DNA from: Opitutaceae bacterium
Lineage (GTDB): Bacteria > Verrucomicrobiota > Verrucomicrobiia > Opitutales > Coraliomargaritaceae
Length of the DNA: 64,000 nt
Assembly (NCBI GenBank): GCA_051252375.1
Contig: JBPOFY010000001.1
Location: 695,827-759,826 of the forward strand
Reading direction: 5' to 3'
In this document: piece by piece, positions 34,775 through 46,788 of the stretch
Numbering within the stretch: position 1 is the stretch's first letter
Layout of the letters: every line of letters starts with the position of its first letter
Translations under genes and position numbers: made by a program
Notes under the pieces: generated by a model
Told to the model about the DNA's origin: nothing
The model's input: the letters and a program-made list of their open reading frames with translations, nothing else
Databases searched by the model: none

Positions 34775-35407
34775 ATGGGACAGAAAGTTCATCCAATCGG
34801 CTTCCGCCTTGCAGTAACCCGCGACTGGGATTCACGCTGGTATGCTAACAAAAAGCAATACCCTGAATTCATCAAGGAGGACCACACAATCCGCACTTTC
34901 CTTACGGAGAGATTGCGCTATGCGTCCGTGCCACGTATTTTCATCGAGCGTGCTTCTGGCCGTATTCGTGTGAAGATCTTCACTGCACGTCCTGGTGTGA
35001 TCATCGGCCGTAAAGGTGCTGAGCTCGATAAGCTCAAGGATCAGCTTAACAAGAAGGTCGGCAAGGAAATCATGCTCGATATTCAAGAAGTCAAGCGCCC
35101 GGACCTTTCTGCACAGCTCGTCGCTGAAAACGTAGCTCTCCAGTTGGAGCGTCGTATCGCTTTCCGTCGTGCTATGAAGCGCGCCGTTCAAACGACAATG
35201 GCAATGGGTGCAGATGGTATCCGTATCCAGTGTGGTGGTCGTCTCGGTGGTGCTGACATCGCTCGCACAGAGAACCAACGTCAAGGCCGTGTGCCTCTAC
35301 AAACACTTCGCGCTAACATCAACTACGGTTTCAGTGAAGCAAACACAGTTTACGGCATCATCGGTGTCAAATGCTGGATCTGCCTACCTGACGACGAAAC
35401 CGTCTAA
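34775..35407 (+). CDS. rpsC: 30S ribosomal protein S3
   Basis: [32 protein letters not shown]. Confidence 0.99.
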   Translation: MGQKVHPIGFRLAVTRDWDSRWYANKKQYPEFIKEDHTIRTFLTERLRYASVPRIFIERASGRIRVKIFTARPGVIIGRKGAELDKLKDQLNKKVGKEIMLDIQEVKRPDLSAQLVAENVALQLERRIAFRRAMKRAVQTTMAMGADGIRIQCGGRLGGADIARTENQRQGRVPLQTLRANINYGFSEANTVYGIIGVKCWICLPDDETV

Positions 35408-35452
35408 GCGTCCTAACGAAACTTAATTTTTAACTCTTAAACTGAGCGAACA

Positions 35453-35866
35453 ATGGCATTACTCCCATCACGCACTAAATACCGCAAGGTTCACACTGGC
35501 CGCATCTACGGCAAGGCACAAACTTGTAACGCACTCGCTTTCGGCGATTTCGGTATTCAATCCCTCACACGTGGTCGCATGACCTCTCAACAGATCGAAG
35601 CCGCTCGTGTTGCGATGACTCGTAGCCTCAAGCGTAAAGGTAAGGTCTGGATCCGTGTTTTCCCTCACAAGCCTGTGACTAAGAAGCCAGCTGAAACCCG
35701 CATGGGTAAAGGTAAGGGTTCTGTCGAAAAGTGGGTCGCTGTGATCCGCCCAGGCACCATGCTTTTCGAAATCGCTGGTTGCTCTGCAACAGCCGCTCGT
35801 GAAGCCCTCCGTCTCGCCGACACCAAGCTGCCGTTCCACTGCCGCTTTGTAACTCGCGAAGACTAA
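35453..35866 (+). CDS. rplP: 50S ribosomal protein L16
   Basis: [20 protein letters not shown]. Confidence 0.99.
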   Translation: MALLPSRTKYRKVHTGRIYGKAQTCNALAFGDFGIQSLTRGRMTSQQIEAARVAMTRSLKRKGKVWIRVFPHKPVTKKPAETRMGKGKGSVEKWVAVIRPGTMLFEIAGCSATAAREALRLADTKLPFHCRFVTRED

Positions 35867-35895
35867 TCCACATTTACTAATAAAGGAAATTTATT

Positions 35896-36099
35896 ATGAG
35901 CACAAAAGATATCCGCGAAATGTCCGAAGTAGAAATTGAAAAGAAACTGCGCGACACCCGTGACGCTCACGTCAACCTTCGTATGCGCAAGCAGACCGGT
36001 CAGGTTGAGCAGCCACACGAATTTACAAACCTGCGTCGCGAAATCGCACGCCTCGAAACCATTCTCAAAGAAAAGAAGTTGGCTGCTGCCACTGCTTAA
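35896..36099 (+). CDS. rpmC: 50S ribosomal protein L29
   Basis: LRREIARLETIL; synteny. Confidence 0.96.
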   Translation: MSTKDIREMSEVEIEKKLRDTRDAHVNLRMRKQTGQVEQPHEFTNLRREIARLETILKEKKLAAATA

Positions 36100-36120
36100 A
36101 CTTTCAAAGCCACTAAGTAT

Positions 36121-36396
36121 ATGGAAGCAACTCGCAATTCTCGCAAGTCCCTCACTGGAACCGTCACAAGCCGTTCCGGTGATAAGACGATCAAGGTCAC
36201 TTATTCCTACAAGGTCCCGCACCCTCTCTATAAGAAAGAGATTAAGCGTAAGACTGTTGTGCACGCACACGATGAAGCCAACGAGTGTGGTCTTGGAGAC
36301 AAAGTAGAGATCATGGAAACACGCCCTCTCAGCAAGCTGAAGCGCTGGCGTGTAACACGTGTGATCGAAGTCGCACCACGTATGGGTGAGGAATAG
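36121..36396 (+). CDS. rpsQ: 30S ribosomal protein S17
   Basis: [21 protein letters not shown]. Confidence 0.98.
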   Translation: MEATRNSRKSLTGTVTSRSGDKTIKVTYSYKVPHPLYKKEIKRKTVVHAHDEANECGLGDKVEIMETRPLSKLKRWRVTRVIEVAPRMGEE

Positions 36397-36446
36397 TCCC
36401 ACCTAACAATATATATATTTTTAAACCGATTAACGGAGATTTAGCT

Positions 36447-36809
36447 ATGATTCAGATGAACAGTCGCGTATTTGTCGCGGATAACACAGGTGCCAAGGAA
36501 GCGGAGATGATCCGCCGTATTGGCCAAAACAAGCGTACTGCTGATGTAGGCGACGTTGTCGTTTGCAACATCAAGGTCGCAGCCACTGACTCTTCTGTGA
36601 AGAAGGGTGAAGTCGTTCGCGGCGTCGTCGTTCGCACGAAGGCACCCGTTCGTCGCGGTGATGGCAGCTATCTACGTTTCGATAACAATGCGATTGTTAT
36701 CCTCAATGCAGACGGCAATCCAAAGGGCACACGTATCTTTGGTCCCGTCGCTCGTGAGCTTCGTGCGAAGTTCATGAAGATCATTTCACTTGCACCGGAG
36801 GTTCTCTAA
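36447..36809 (+). CDS. rplN: 50S ribosomal protein L14
   Basis: [32 protein letters not shown]. Confidence 0.99.
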   Translation: MIQMNSRVFVADNTGAKEAEMIRRIGQNKRTADVGDVVVCNIKVAATDSSVKKGEVVRGVVVRTKAPVRRGDGSYLRFDNNAIVILNADGNPKGTRIFGPVARELRAKFMKIISLAPEVL

Positions 36810-36811
36810 TC

Positions 36812-37054
36812 ATGGCCAAAGCAATCAAACGCGAAGAAGAAGTTGTTGTCATCTCTGGCGCACATAAAGGCAAACGCGGCAAGGTCTTGTCCGTTCAGGC
36901 TGGCGAGCGCATCCTAGTCGAAGGTGTCAACGTAATCACAAAATTTGAGCGCAAGACTCAAGAGAACCCCGATGGTGGTTCTGTTGAGCGCGAAGTGCCA
37001 ATTCACTACTCCAACGTCATGTTGGCTTCCAAATACGACGCCAAGCAGAAATAA
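36812..37054 (+). CDS. rplX: 50S ribosomal protein L24 (short form)
   Basis: KOW motif VVVISGAHKGKRGKV, VEGVN, PIHYSNV. Confidence 0.97.
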   Translation: MAKAIKREEEVVVISGAHKGKRGKVLSVQAGERILVEGVNVITKFERKTQENPDGGSVEREVPIHYSNVMLASKYDAKQK

Positions 37055-37155
37055 CTAGCTTGCCAGTCGCCTCAAAAGACGCATTTTCACGCACTTTTTC
37101 CACAATCACATCGATCACACTTAACTAGCCGGGTCAGAAATCCGGCTTACATACG

Positions 37156-37743
37156 ATGGCTACAGTCCTACAAAAACATTATACTGATACGGTAATTCCC
37201 GAACTTATGAAAAAGTTCGGTTATTCCAATCCGCACCAAGTGCCCGCGATCAAAAAGATCGTCATTAACTCTGGTTTCAATGCAACAGCTGACAAGAATC
37301 ACATTGCATATGTGAACCAAGACATCGCCAAGATTGCCGGTCAAAACCCTGTCACCACAAAGGCGAAACTCAGTATTTCGAATTTCAAACTCCGCGAAGA
37401 GCAACCAATCGGTTGTAAAGTCACCCTCCGTGGTGCCGCGATGTATGACTTCCTCGTCCGTCTCATTAAAGTCGCACTTCCAGCGATTCGTGACTTTCGT
37501 GGCGTGCCTACTAGGCTTGATGGCAAAGGTAACTACACACTCGGTGTGAGCGACCATACAATCTTCCCAGAAATCAGCGCTGAGGGCACAAATGCCACAC
37601 TCGGTATGGATATCTGCATTAATACTAGTGCGAACACAGATGAAGAAGGTCGCGAGCTCCTCGCTCTCTTCGGTGTTCCTTTCCGCAAGACGAGCGCCGA
37701 AGTAGAAGCTGCAGAAGCTGCTGCCGCTGCCGCAAACGCATAA
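37156..37743 (+). CDS. rplE: 50S ribosomal protein L5
   Basis: FKLRE, IGCKVTLR, PAIRDFRG, GMDI. Confidence 0.98.
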   Translation: MATVLQKHYTDTVIPELMKKFGYSNPHQVPAIKKIVINSGFNATADKNHIAYVNQDIAKIAGQNPVTTKAKLSISNFKLREEQPIGCKVTLRGAAMYDFLVRLIKVALPAIRDFRGVPTRLDGKGNYTLGVSDHTIFPEISAEGTNATLGMDICINTSANTDEEGRELLALFGVPFRKTSAEVEAAEAAAAAANA

Positions 37744-37765
37744 GCACATTTAACACGACTTTCTT

Positions 37766-38071
<306 letters not shown>

Positions 38072-38117
38072 GCACTTTCGCTTTACCAAACCAAATGAAA
38101 ACCCACTAGTTACTACT

Positions 38118-38516
38118 ATGGCAGTTCACGACACAATCGGTGATTTCATCACCATCATCCGCAATGCGAGTATGGCACGCAAGGGTTCTTGCACCGCATC
38201 GTTCTCCAAGATGCGCCTTGCGATCGCTTCCATCCTCAAAACTGAAGGTTACATTAGTGACTACAGTGAGGGCCAATGCGCAAAGGGCTTTAAGACCATT
38301 ACTGTTCAACTGAAATATGTTGGTGGCACTCCCGCTATTACAGGTATCCAGCGTCACAGCACGCCTGGTTGCCGTCTCTACTACGGTTGCAAAGAAATCC
38401 CCCGCGTTCTTAACGGCTTGGGTGTTGCAATCCTCACAACTTCTAAAGGCGTCATTCGCGCCCGCGATGCCCGTGAAAAGGGTGTTGGCGGTGAGCTCGT
38501 CTGCAAAGTCTGGTAA
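38118..38516 (+). CDS. rpsH: 30S ribosomal protein S8
   Basis: DTIGDFITIIRNA, STPGCRLY, LTTSKGV, GGE. Confidence 0.98.
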   Translation: MAVHDTIGDFITIIRNASMARKGSCTASFSKMRLAIASILKTEGYISDYSEGQCAKGFKTITVQLKYVGGTPAITGIQRHSTPGCRLYYGCKEIPRVLNGLGVAILTTSKGVIRARDAREKGVGGELVCKVW

Positions 38517-38533
38517 TTGAAAGGCAATATACG

Positions 38534-39070
38534 ATGAGCAGAATTGGTAAACTTCCCATTCCCGTCCTTGATAAGGCAAATGTATCGATTAACGGTCAGA
38601 CCGTTTCCGTCGATGGCCCCAAGGGTAAACTAGAAAAGACTTTCGACCGCTCGGTTAATATCGAGATGGCCGACGGCGAGATCCGTGTGACTCCAGCTGA
38701 TAGCAGCCGTCACGCACGTGCCATGTTTGGCACAGCTCGTTCGATCATCAATAACATGGTGATTGGAGTCGTTGATGGTTACACCAAGGATCTTATCATT
38801 AAGGGTGTCGGTTTCCGCGCCGCCCTTAATGGCAACATCCTTGATCTATCACTCGGTTATTCTCACCCAGTTGAGTTGACTATTCCAGAGGGCATCACTG
38901 TGACTGTCACTGAGAATACAAAACTCAAAGTTGAAGGTGCCGATAAACAAGTCGTTGGCGAAATCGCTGCGACAATCTATTCCTACTTCCCAGCCGAGCC
39001 TTATAAGGGCAAGGGTGTCCAGATCGTCGGTCAATACGTCCGCCGTAAGGAAGGCAAGAAGTCCGCTTAA
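38534..39070 (+). CDS. rplF: 50S ribosomal protein L6
   Basis: MSRIGKLPI, GPKGKL, LGYSHP, EPYKGKG. Confidence 0.99.
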   Translation: MSRIGKLPIPVLDKANVSINGQTVSVDGPKGKLEKTFDRSVNIEMADGEIRVTPADSSRHARAMFGTARSIINNMVIGVVDGYTKDLIIKGVGFRAALNGNILDLSLGYSHPVELTIPEGITVTVTENTKLKVEGADKQVVGEIAATIYSYFPAEPYKGKGVQIVGQYVRRKEGKKSA

Positions 39071-39090
39071 TTTTCAGCAGAGGTTAAATC

Positions 39091-39438
39091 ATGAAACTCG
39101 CAAAGAAAAACATCCTTTTACAGAAGCGTCGCTGGCGTATCCGCAAGAAAATCAAGGGCACTGCAGAGCGTCCACGCTTGACTGTGCACTTCTCCAACAA
39201 AAACATCTACGCACAATGCATCGACGACGTGAAGGGTCACACCGTGGCTTACGTTTCTTCGATTGGTGGCGACGAGAAAGCAAACAACGATGGTGCAGTT
39301 GCACTCGGCAAAGCTATTGCTGAGAAGGCAAAGGCAGCTGGCGTTGAGAGCGTTGTCTTCGACCGTGCTGGCCGCCGTTACCACGGTTGCGTCAAATCAT
39401 TTGCTGAAGCGGCACGCGAGAGCGGCCTCCAGTTCTAA
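39091..39438 (+). CDS. rplR: 50S ribosomal protein L18
   Basis: [21 protein letters not shown]. Confidence 0.98.
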   Translation: MKLAKKNILLQKRRWRIRKKIKGTAERPRLTVHFSNKNIYAQCIDDVKGHTVAYVSSIGGDEKANNDGAVALGKAIAEKAKAAGVESVVFDRAGRRYHGCVKSFAEAARESGLQF

Positions 39439-39449
39439 GGAATTACCAT

Positions 39450-39974
39450 ATGAGCAGACAAAAAAGATCATTTTCTCAAAAAGACGAAGTCGAAGAAGTT
39501 CCAGAATACGTCGAAAAGGTTGTGCATATCAGCCGTTGTTCGAAAGTTGTTAAGGGCGGTCGCCGTTTCAGCTTCGCAGCACTCGTCGTGACTGGTAACC
39601 AAAAAGGTGAAGTCGGTGTCGGTTATGGTAAGGCAAAGGAAGTTCCCGAAGCGATTCGCAAGGGCACAGAAAATGCCAAGAAAAACCTCGTCACAATCAA
39701 GCTTCGTGGCGACACGATCCCTCACCACGTTCTCGGCGAAGCCGACGGTGGTAAGGTTCTACTTCGCCCGGCAACAGACGGAACAGGTGTTATCGCAGGT
39801 GGCGGTTGCCGCGCTGTTCTTGAATCCGTAGGTATCAAAAATATTCTATCCAAGTCTCTCGGCTCGAACAATCACTTGGCCATGGTCAAGGCAACAATGG
39901 CTGCGCTTCAGCAGCTTCGTTCGAACGAAGAAATCAAAAACGTTCGTTTCAGCCAAGCTGGAGCGGAAGCGTAA
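39450..39974 (+). CDS. rpsE: 30S ribosomal protein S5
   Basis: [31 protein letters not shown]. Confidence 0.99.
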   Translation: MSRQKRSFSQKDEVEEVPEYVEKVVHISRCSKVVKGGRRFSFAALVVTGNQKGEVGVGYGKAKEVPEAIRKGTENAKKNLVTIKLRGDTIPHHVLGEADGGKVLLRPATDGTGVIAGGGCRAVLESVGIKNILSKSLGSNNHLAMVKATMAALQQLRSNEEIKNVRFSQAGAEA

Positions 39975-39986
39975 GGAGCCAACACA

Positions 39987-40460
<474 letters not shown>

Positions 40461-40502
40461 TTCAGTTCGCTCGTCGAACCGAATGAAAGACAACCTCGAA
40501 AT

Positions 40503-42017
40503 ATGCTTTCTGCTTTTACCAACTCTCTGAAGATTCCTGAACTGCGCCAGAAGATTTTCTTCACGCTGGCGTTGCTATTCATCGCTCGTGTCGGTGCTAA
40601 TATCCCATTGCCCGGGATCAACACTGGCCCGATTACGGAGTTCATGAGCGATCAGGCATCTGCAGGTGGCGGTGTTGTTGGTCTCTTCAACATGTTCACT
40701 GGTGGCGCACTCCTTAAAGGTGCGGTATTTGCCCTCGGCATTATGCCATACATCAGTGCTTCCATTATTATGCAGCTCGTTGGTGCGGTTTTCCCTGTCA
40801 TCGCTCGCTTGCAGCAGGAAGGTGATGTCGGTCGTCAAAAGATCAATCAGTACACTCGTTACCTGACTCTCGGTATTTGCGTGGTTCAAGGTCTCTTGCT
40901 CCTCGTTGCTTTGTCGACCAATCCAGGCAGCTTGATCGGGCAAGGATTCAATCCTGCTGAATATGGTTCTGTGGTGATCATGCCTCAGTTGCCATTCCTG
41001 ATCACAGGCACTATTTTCCTCACAGCCGGCACCATGATCATGGTATGGCTTGGTGAGCAAATCACCCAAAAGGGTATCGGTAACGGTATCTCACTATTGA
41101 TCACAGTCAGTATTATCTCCGGCCTTCCAGCTGCGGTGATGGCTGCTTATCAAATGTTCGTCGCTCCTGTCGGTTCCGAAGGCGCTGCACTAGGTGTTCC
41201 AGAAGGTGTTTTGATGCTCGCTCTGTTGTTTGCGGTGACTGCTGCTCTTGTTGCCATCACGCAAGCGCAACGTAAGATCCCTGTGCAGTATGCAAAGCGT
41301 GTTGTCGGTCGTAAGGTTTACGGCGGTCAAAGCTCTTTCCTTCCTTTGAAGGTGAACTACGCTGGTGTCATGCCCGTCATCTTCGCTTCTGCGATCTTGA
41401 TGTTCCCTGCACAGATCCTCAGCTACCTTGGCTCCGCCACTGGCATGCGTTTCTTCAACGACTTTGCTGATGCGATTGCACACGGTCGTGCTGCATACTA
41501 CATCATTTTTGGCCTTCTCATCCTTATCTTCAGTTACTTCTGGGTATCGATGATGTTCAAACCTATTCAAATCGCTGATGATTTGAAAAAGAATGGCGGT
41601 TACATTCCTGGCGTTCGCCCAGGTGAGCCAACTGCTAAGTTCCTCGACCACATCATGACACGCCTCACTCTGGCGGGTGCTATTTCCCTTACGGTGATTG
41701 CGCTGTTCCCCGATGTGCTCCTTTTCGCATACAACGTACCATTCAGCGTCGCCGTATTCTTCGGTGGCACCGGTATGCTTATTACAGTGGGTGTGCTTCT
41801 TGACACCATGCGCCAAATCGAAACATACCTCCTTCAACGTCACTACGACGGTTTCTTGAAAAAGGGTAAGATTCGTGGTCGCTCTGCTGCACGTAAGCAA
41901 ACACTCGTTGATTCCGCAGGCCTGCAAGATTTCTGGACCGCATGGCGTCCACTTCTCTTTATCGCCATCGCGCTTTTTGTTCTCGGTATTGTCTCTTGGT
42001 TCTTAAACCTCGGCTAA
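40503..42017 (+). CDS. secY: Preprotein translocase SecY
   Basis: LGIMPYISASII, GIGNGISL, AGVMPVIFAS, IPGVRPG, GGTG.LI.VGV. Confidence 0.98.
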   Translation: MLSAFTNSLKIPELRQKIFFTLALLFIARVGANIPLPGINTGPITEFMSDQASAGGGVVGLFNMFTGGALLKGAVFALGIMPYISASIIMQLVGAVFPVIARLQQEGDVGRQKINQYTRYLTLGICVVQGLLLLVALSTNPGSLIGQGFNPAEYGSVVIMPQLPFLITGTIFLTAGTMIMVWLGEQITQKGIGNGISLLITVSIISGLPAAVMAAYQMFVAPVGSEGAALGVPEGVLMLALLFAVTAALVAITQAQRKIPVQYAKRVVGRKVYGGQSSFLPLKVNYAGVMPVIFASAILMFPAQILSYLGSATGMRFFNDFADAIAHGRAAYYIIFGLLILIFSYFWVSMMFKPIQIADDLKKNGGYIPGVRPGEPTAKFLDHIMTRLTLAGAISLTVIALFPDVLLFAYNVPFSVAVFFGGTGMLITVGVLLDTMRQIETYLLQRHYDGFLKKGKIRGRSAARKQTLVDSAGLQDFWTAWRPLLFIAIALFVLGIVSWFLNLG

Positions 42018-42109
42018 TTCCCCGAACCCTTGATTTTTCCGAAGGTGTTTCCTAACCGATGCTTCTTCGTTTCCTAATTGTTCTTTGATCCATCTCCTCT
42101 AGTAGACCG

Positions 42110-42877
42110 ATGAAATCCATTCGTTCAGACGAAGAAATTCAATCGATCCGCGAAACCTGCCAAATCGCCGCGACCGTTCTTAAACGTCTCGTTGATGAAG
42201 TAGAAGAGGGGATGACCACCTACGATCTCGACCAGCTTGGTCGCAAATACATCGAAGAGTTCGGTGCGGAGAGTGCTTGCTTTAACTATCGTTCTGGCAG
42301 CAACGTCTTTCCCGCCCACACTTGCCTATCCATTAACGAAGAAATCGTTCATGGTATCGGCACTATGCGTCGCACCATTCAAGGCGGCGACGTTGTTTCG
42401 ATAGATGTCGTGGTTCGCTATCGCGGATTTATTGGCGACAATGCCAGCACAGTTCTCATCCCGCCAGTTGCGGATGAGAACCAAAAGCTCATTGATGCCA
42501 CTCGCGAAGCACTTAACTACGCCATCAGTTTTGCCCGAGCAGGTAACCGCGTTGGAGACATCTCCAATGCAGTTGAGCGCTATATCAAGCGCCACAACTT
42601 TGGGATCGTTCGCGAATTTGTCGGTCATGGCGTTGGCGCCACGATGCACGAAGCACCCCAAATCCCGAATTTCGGTCGACGCGGAACCGGTGCTTTACTC
42701 AAACCCGGCATGGCATTGGCGATTGAACCGATGATCAATATGGGCACTGGTGCAGTCTCCATGTTGGACGACGGTTGGACCGCTGTCACTCGCGATGGTA
42801 AACCCTCCGCTCACTTCGAGCACACCGTCCTCGTCACCGGAGGCGATCCAGAAATATTAACAATTCCGAAAATTTAA
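42110..42877 (+). CDS. map: Methionine aminopeptidase type I
   Basis: SINEEIVHG, GHGVG, AIEPM, SAHFEHT. Confidence 0.97.
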   Translation: MKSIRSDEEIQSIRETCQIAATVLKRLVDEVEEGMTTYDLDQLGRKYIEEFGAESACFNYRSGSNVFPAHTCLSINEEIVHGIGTMRRTIQGGDVVSIDVVVRYRGFIGDNASTVLIPPVADENQKLIDATREALNYAISFARAGNRVGDISNAVERYIKRHNFGIVREFVGHGVGATMHEAPQIPNFGRRGTGALLKPGMALAIEPMINMGTGAVSMLDDGWTAVTRDGKPSAHFEHTVLVTGGDPEILTIPKI

Positions 42878-42951
42878 CTTTTCAAACTCTCTTAAATCAC
42901 TATTTTCCACCGTTTTCCCGCAATCCAGCGGGTGACCAACCTTTTTTTATC

Positions 42952-43314
42952 ATGCCACGTATACTTGGAGTCGATATCCCCGCAAACAAGAAGCTAGAAT
43001 ACTCGCTTCGCTACATCTACGGTATTGGACCGACACGCGCGAAACTTATCGTTGAAGTGTCTGGTTTCGATCCAGATCGCCGTGCTGGTGACCTCTCTGA
43101 AGAAGAGGTGAATCAGCTCGCATCGATTGTTTCGGACAAGCAATACATCGTTGAAGGTGATCTCCGTCGTGAGCGCACTGCCAACTTGAAGCGCCTATCA
43201 GCGATCCGCAGCCTCCGTGGCATCCGCCATATGCGTGGATTGCCTGTTCGTGGCCAACGCACAAAAACAAATGCGCGCACACGTAAAGGTGCCGTCAAAC
43301 CGGTTCGTAAGTAA
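42952..43314 (+). CDS. rpsM: 30S ribosomal protein S13
   Basis: IYGIG, GLPVRGQRTKTNARTRKG. Confidence 0.99.
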   Translation: MPRILGVDIPANKKLEYSLRYIYGIGPTRAKLIVEVSGFDPDRRAGDLSEEEVNQLASIVSDKQYIVEGDLRRERTANLKRLSAIRSLRGIRHMRGLPVRGQRTKTNARTRKGAVKPVRK

Positions 43315-43333
43315 CCACTAAGAGGACTTTCCT

Positions 43334-43840
43334 ATGAGCGAAGAAGAAAACACACCAGTAGAAGAAGAAAAAGTAGTTGCAGCTGCTGCAACCGAAGAGG
43401 CTGAAGCGCCCGTTAAAAAGGTAGAAACAGCTGAGGATCTTCTGAAGAGCGATCTTGACGGTGTTAAAATCCGTCGTGCTAAGGGCAGCAAAAACATTAC
43501 CTCCGGTATTGTGAATGTCCTCGCTACTTTCAATAACACTAAAGTCACTTTCTGTGATCCACGCGGCAACGTCATTTCCTGGTCCAGCGCCGGTAAGTGC
43601 AACTTCCGTGGCTCTCGCAAGTCCACTGCATACGCAGCACAGGTCGTCACACAAGACGCCGGTCGTGTTGCGATTTCGCATGGTATGAAAGAAGTTGTCG
43701 TTAAGTTGAACGGTCCAGGAATGGGTCGTGATTCAGCTGTTCGCGCACTCCAATCTTTGGGTATGGTTGTAACTGAAATTGTGGATGTGACTCCGATCCC
43801 CCACAACGGTTGCCGTGCTCCAAAACGTCGTCGTGTCTAA
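43334..43840 (+). CDS. rpsK: 30S ribosomal protein S11 with acidic N-terminal extension
   Basis: [27 protein letters not shown]. Confidence 0.98.
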   Translation: MSEEENTPVEEEKVVAAAATEEAEAPVKKVETAEDLLKSDLDGVKIRRAKGSKNITSGIVNVLATFNNTKVTFCDPRGNVISWSSAGKCNFRGSRKSTAYAAQVVTQDAGRVAISHGMKEVVVKLNGPGMGRDSAVRALQSLGMVVTEIVDVTPIPHNGCRAPKRRRV

Positions 43841-43899
43841 TTGTGCATCTGCCACATAGACACTTTAAAATTACTTAGCAGAACCAACCAATACAAACT

Positions 43900-44508
43900 A
43901 TGGCCCGTTACACAGGACCCACTACTCGTATCAACCGCCGTTTCGGACAAGCGATTTTCGCACCGACTAAGGCATTTGAGCGCAAGCCTCACCCTCCAGG
44001 CCAACACGGCCCTCGTCTCCGCCGCAAGTTTAGCGACTATGCGGTTGGTCTGAACGAAAAGCAGAAACTCCGTTTCATGTATGGAATTACGGAGAAACAA
44101 TTCCGCCTCACTTTCGAAAAGGCTAAAGCAACTCGTGGTGTAACCGGTGAAATTTTCCTCAAGATGCTTGAGTGCCGTCTTGACAGCGTGGTCTACCGCT
44201 TGGGCTTTGCTAAGTCACGCTCTGCGGCACGTCAGTTCGTTGGTCATGGTCACATTTTCGTGAACGGTACAAAGACTGATATCGCCAGCTTTATGGTTAA
44301 AGAAGGTGATGAAATCGAAGTGCGCGAGCGCACATCTTCTCGCCAGCTAGCAGCACGCAGCATGGAAGAGAGCCAAGCTCGCACCACTCCTGAGTGGCTG
44401 ACACTCAACGCTGACGCGCTTAAAGCGACAGTTAATCGCCTTCCTTCTTCCGAAGAAACCGAAGCCTCTATTAACGTTCAACTCATCGTTGAATTCTATA
44501 GCCGTTAA
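43900..44508 (+). CDS. rpsD: 30S ribosomal protein S4 (zinc-free form)
   Basis: MARYTGP, PGQHG, EKQK, LE.RLD, ARQ.V.HGH, IVEFYSR. Confidence 0.99.
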   Translation: MARYTGPTTRINRRFGQAIFAPTKAFERKPHPPGQHGPRLRRKFSDYAVGLNEKQKLRFMYGITEKQFRLTFEKAKATRGVTGEIFLKMLECRLDSVVYRLGFAKSRSAARQFVGHGHIFVNGTKTDIASFMVKEGDEIEVRERTSSRQLAARSMEESQARTTPEWLTLNADALKATVNRLPSSEETEASINVQLIVEFYSR

Positions 44509-44577
44509 TCCGTCCACATCGGACCCCCTGGTCCGATGACAGCAAATTATTTGTAACTGTTAACACAAAGCCCAATT

Positions 44578-45579
<1,002 letters not shown>

Positions 45580-45612
45580 TCCCGCCTCTAGAGGCTAACG
45601 AATTTAAAGACA

Positions 45613-46191
45613 ATGCGTCACAGCAAAAGAAGACATAAACTAGGGGTCACAGGCCCTCACCGTTCCGCTATGATGGGCAACCTCTCGGTTGCACTCATCA
45701 CACACGGACGTATCGAAACGACCTTATCCAAGGCCAAGGCACTTCGTCCTTTCATCGAGAAGGTAATCACCCTCGCGAAGAAGGCAGACAAGGCCAACGA
45801 TGCCGCTCGCAAGATCCACTTCCGCCGCCTCGCGATCGCTCGTGTTCGTGATAAGGGTGCAGTGGCTAAGCTTTTCGATGAGCGCGCTAGTGAGTTCGCT
45901 GATCGTGAAGGCGGTTACACACGTATCTACAAGATCGGTCAACGTATCGGTGATGCTGCTGAAATGGCACTCATCGAGATAATCGACGGCAACGACGAAG
46001 GCTATGAAAAGCCTAAGAAGAAAACCGCGAAAAAAGCGACTAAGAAGGCTGCCAAGAAAGCAACCAAGAAGGCTGCTAAGACCGAGGAAGCGACTGAAGA
46101 GGAAGCACCAGCAGCTGAAGAAGTTGCTGCCGAGGCACCTGCCGAAGAAGCTCCTGCTGAGGAAGCGACCGAAGAAAAGAAAGACGCGTAA
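45613..46191 (+). CDS. rplQ: 50S ribosomal protein L17 with low-complexity tail
   Basis: MRH, IETT..KAK, R.GGYTRI, GDAAEMA. Confidence 0.98.
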   Translation: MRHSKRRHKLGVTGPHRSAMMGNLSVALITHGRIETTLSKAKALRPFIEKVITLAKKADKANDAARKIHFRRLAIARVRDKGAVAKLFDERASEFADREGGYTRIYKIGQRIGDAAEMALIEIIDGNDEGYEKPKKKTAKKATKKAAKKATKKAAKTEEATEEEAPAAEEVAAEAPAEEAPAEEATEEKKDA

Positions 46192-46213
46192 GCGTTTCCT
46201 TTTATACATTTAC

Positions 46214-46245
46214 AAAAGCCCGTCCGTTATGGACGGGCTTTTTTT
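46214..46245 (+). terminator. Terminator of the alpha operon
   Basis: aaaagcccgtcc-gttat-ggacgggc followed by T7. Confidence 0.9.
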
Positions 46246-46285
46246 GTGATTCCTCCAGATGCCCCGTTGTATATAGTTCAACTCA

Positions 46286-46678
46286 ATGAAATGGTTTGGT
46301 ATATTCTTTTTAGGAATCGGTTTATTCATCGTTGGGTGCATTATGGGTTACCAGACTGGGGGCTATCACTTGGAAGCCAGAGCAACTTCAATGGTAAAGC
46401 AGGATATGCGAGATGCTTTTAACCTAGGGTATATCGAAAGAAAAAACGAAGAAGGTCTTCGTGAAAGCTTCTGGCCGCGAAACGCTACAATACCTCAGGG
46501 TGTTCAGCGTAATTTTTCGCAATCAGAAAACGATATTAGAATAAGAATGGGAACTTATGCCGATCAAGTGATCCTCTATTGTCGCCCGATTTATGGGCGA
46601 GACGCAGTAGTTGTTCTTTATGATAATGGCACAGTTGGAGAGATGAGTGTTTTGCCGCCACCGTTCTCTGAGAAATAG
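46286..46678 (+). CDS. Hypothetical protein with N-terminal TM/signal
   Basis: 130-aa ATG ORF filling the gap between two terminators; AT-richer than its neighbours. Confidence 0.6.
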   Translation: MKWFGIFFLGIGLFIVGCIMGYQTGGYHLEARATSMVKQDMRDAFNLGYIERKNEEGLRESFWPRNATIPQGVQRNFSQSENDIRIRMGTYADQVILYCRPIYGRDAVVVLYDNGTVGEMSVLPPPFSEK

Positions 46679-46730
46679 CGACTCCGTCTACGCCGAGGCT
46701 GTCGTCCAGCAGTCATCTACTTCGACGCAC

Positions 46731-46763
46731 AAAAAATCCCGCAAGCTTTCGAGCTGCGGGATT
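46731..46763 (-). terminator. Terminator of glyQS
   Basis: aaaaaatcccgca...tgcgggatt. Confidence 0.75.
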
Positions 46764-46788
46764 AGAAAGTTTGTAACCTTGCGTCGGA

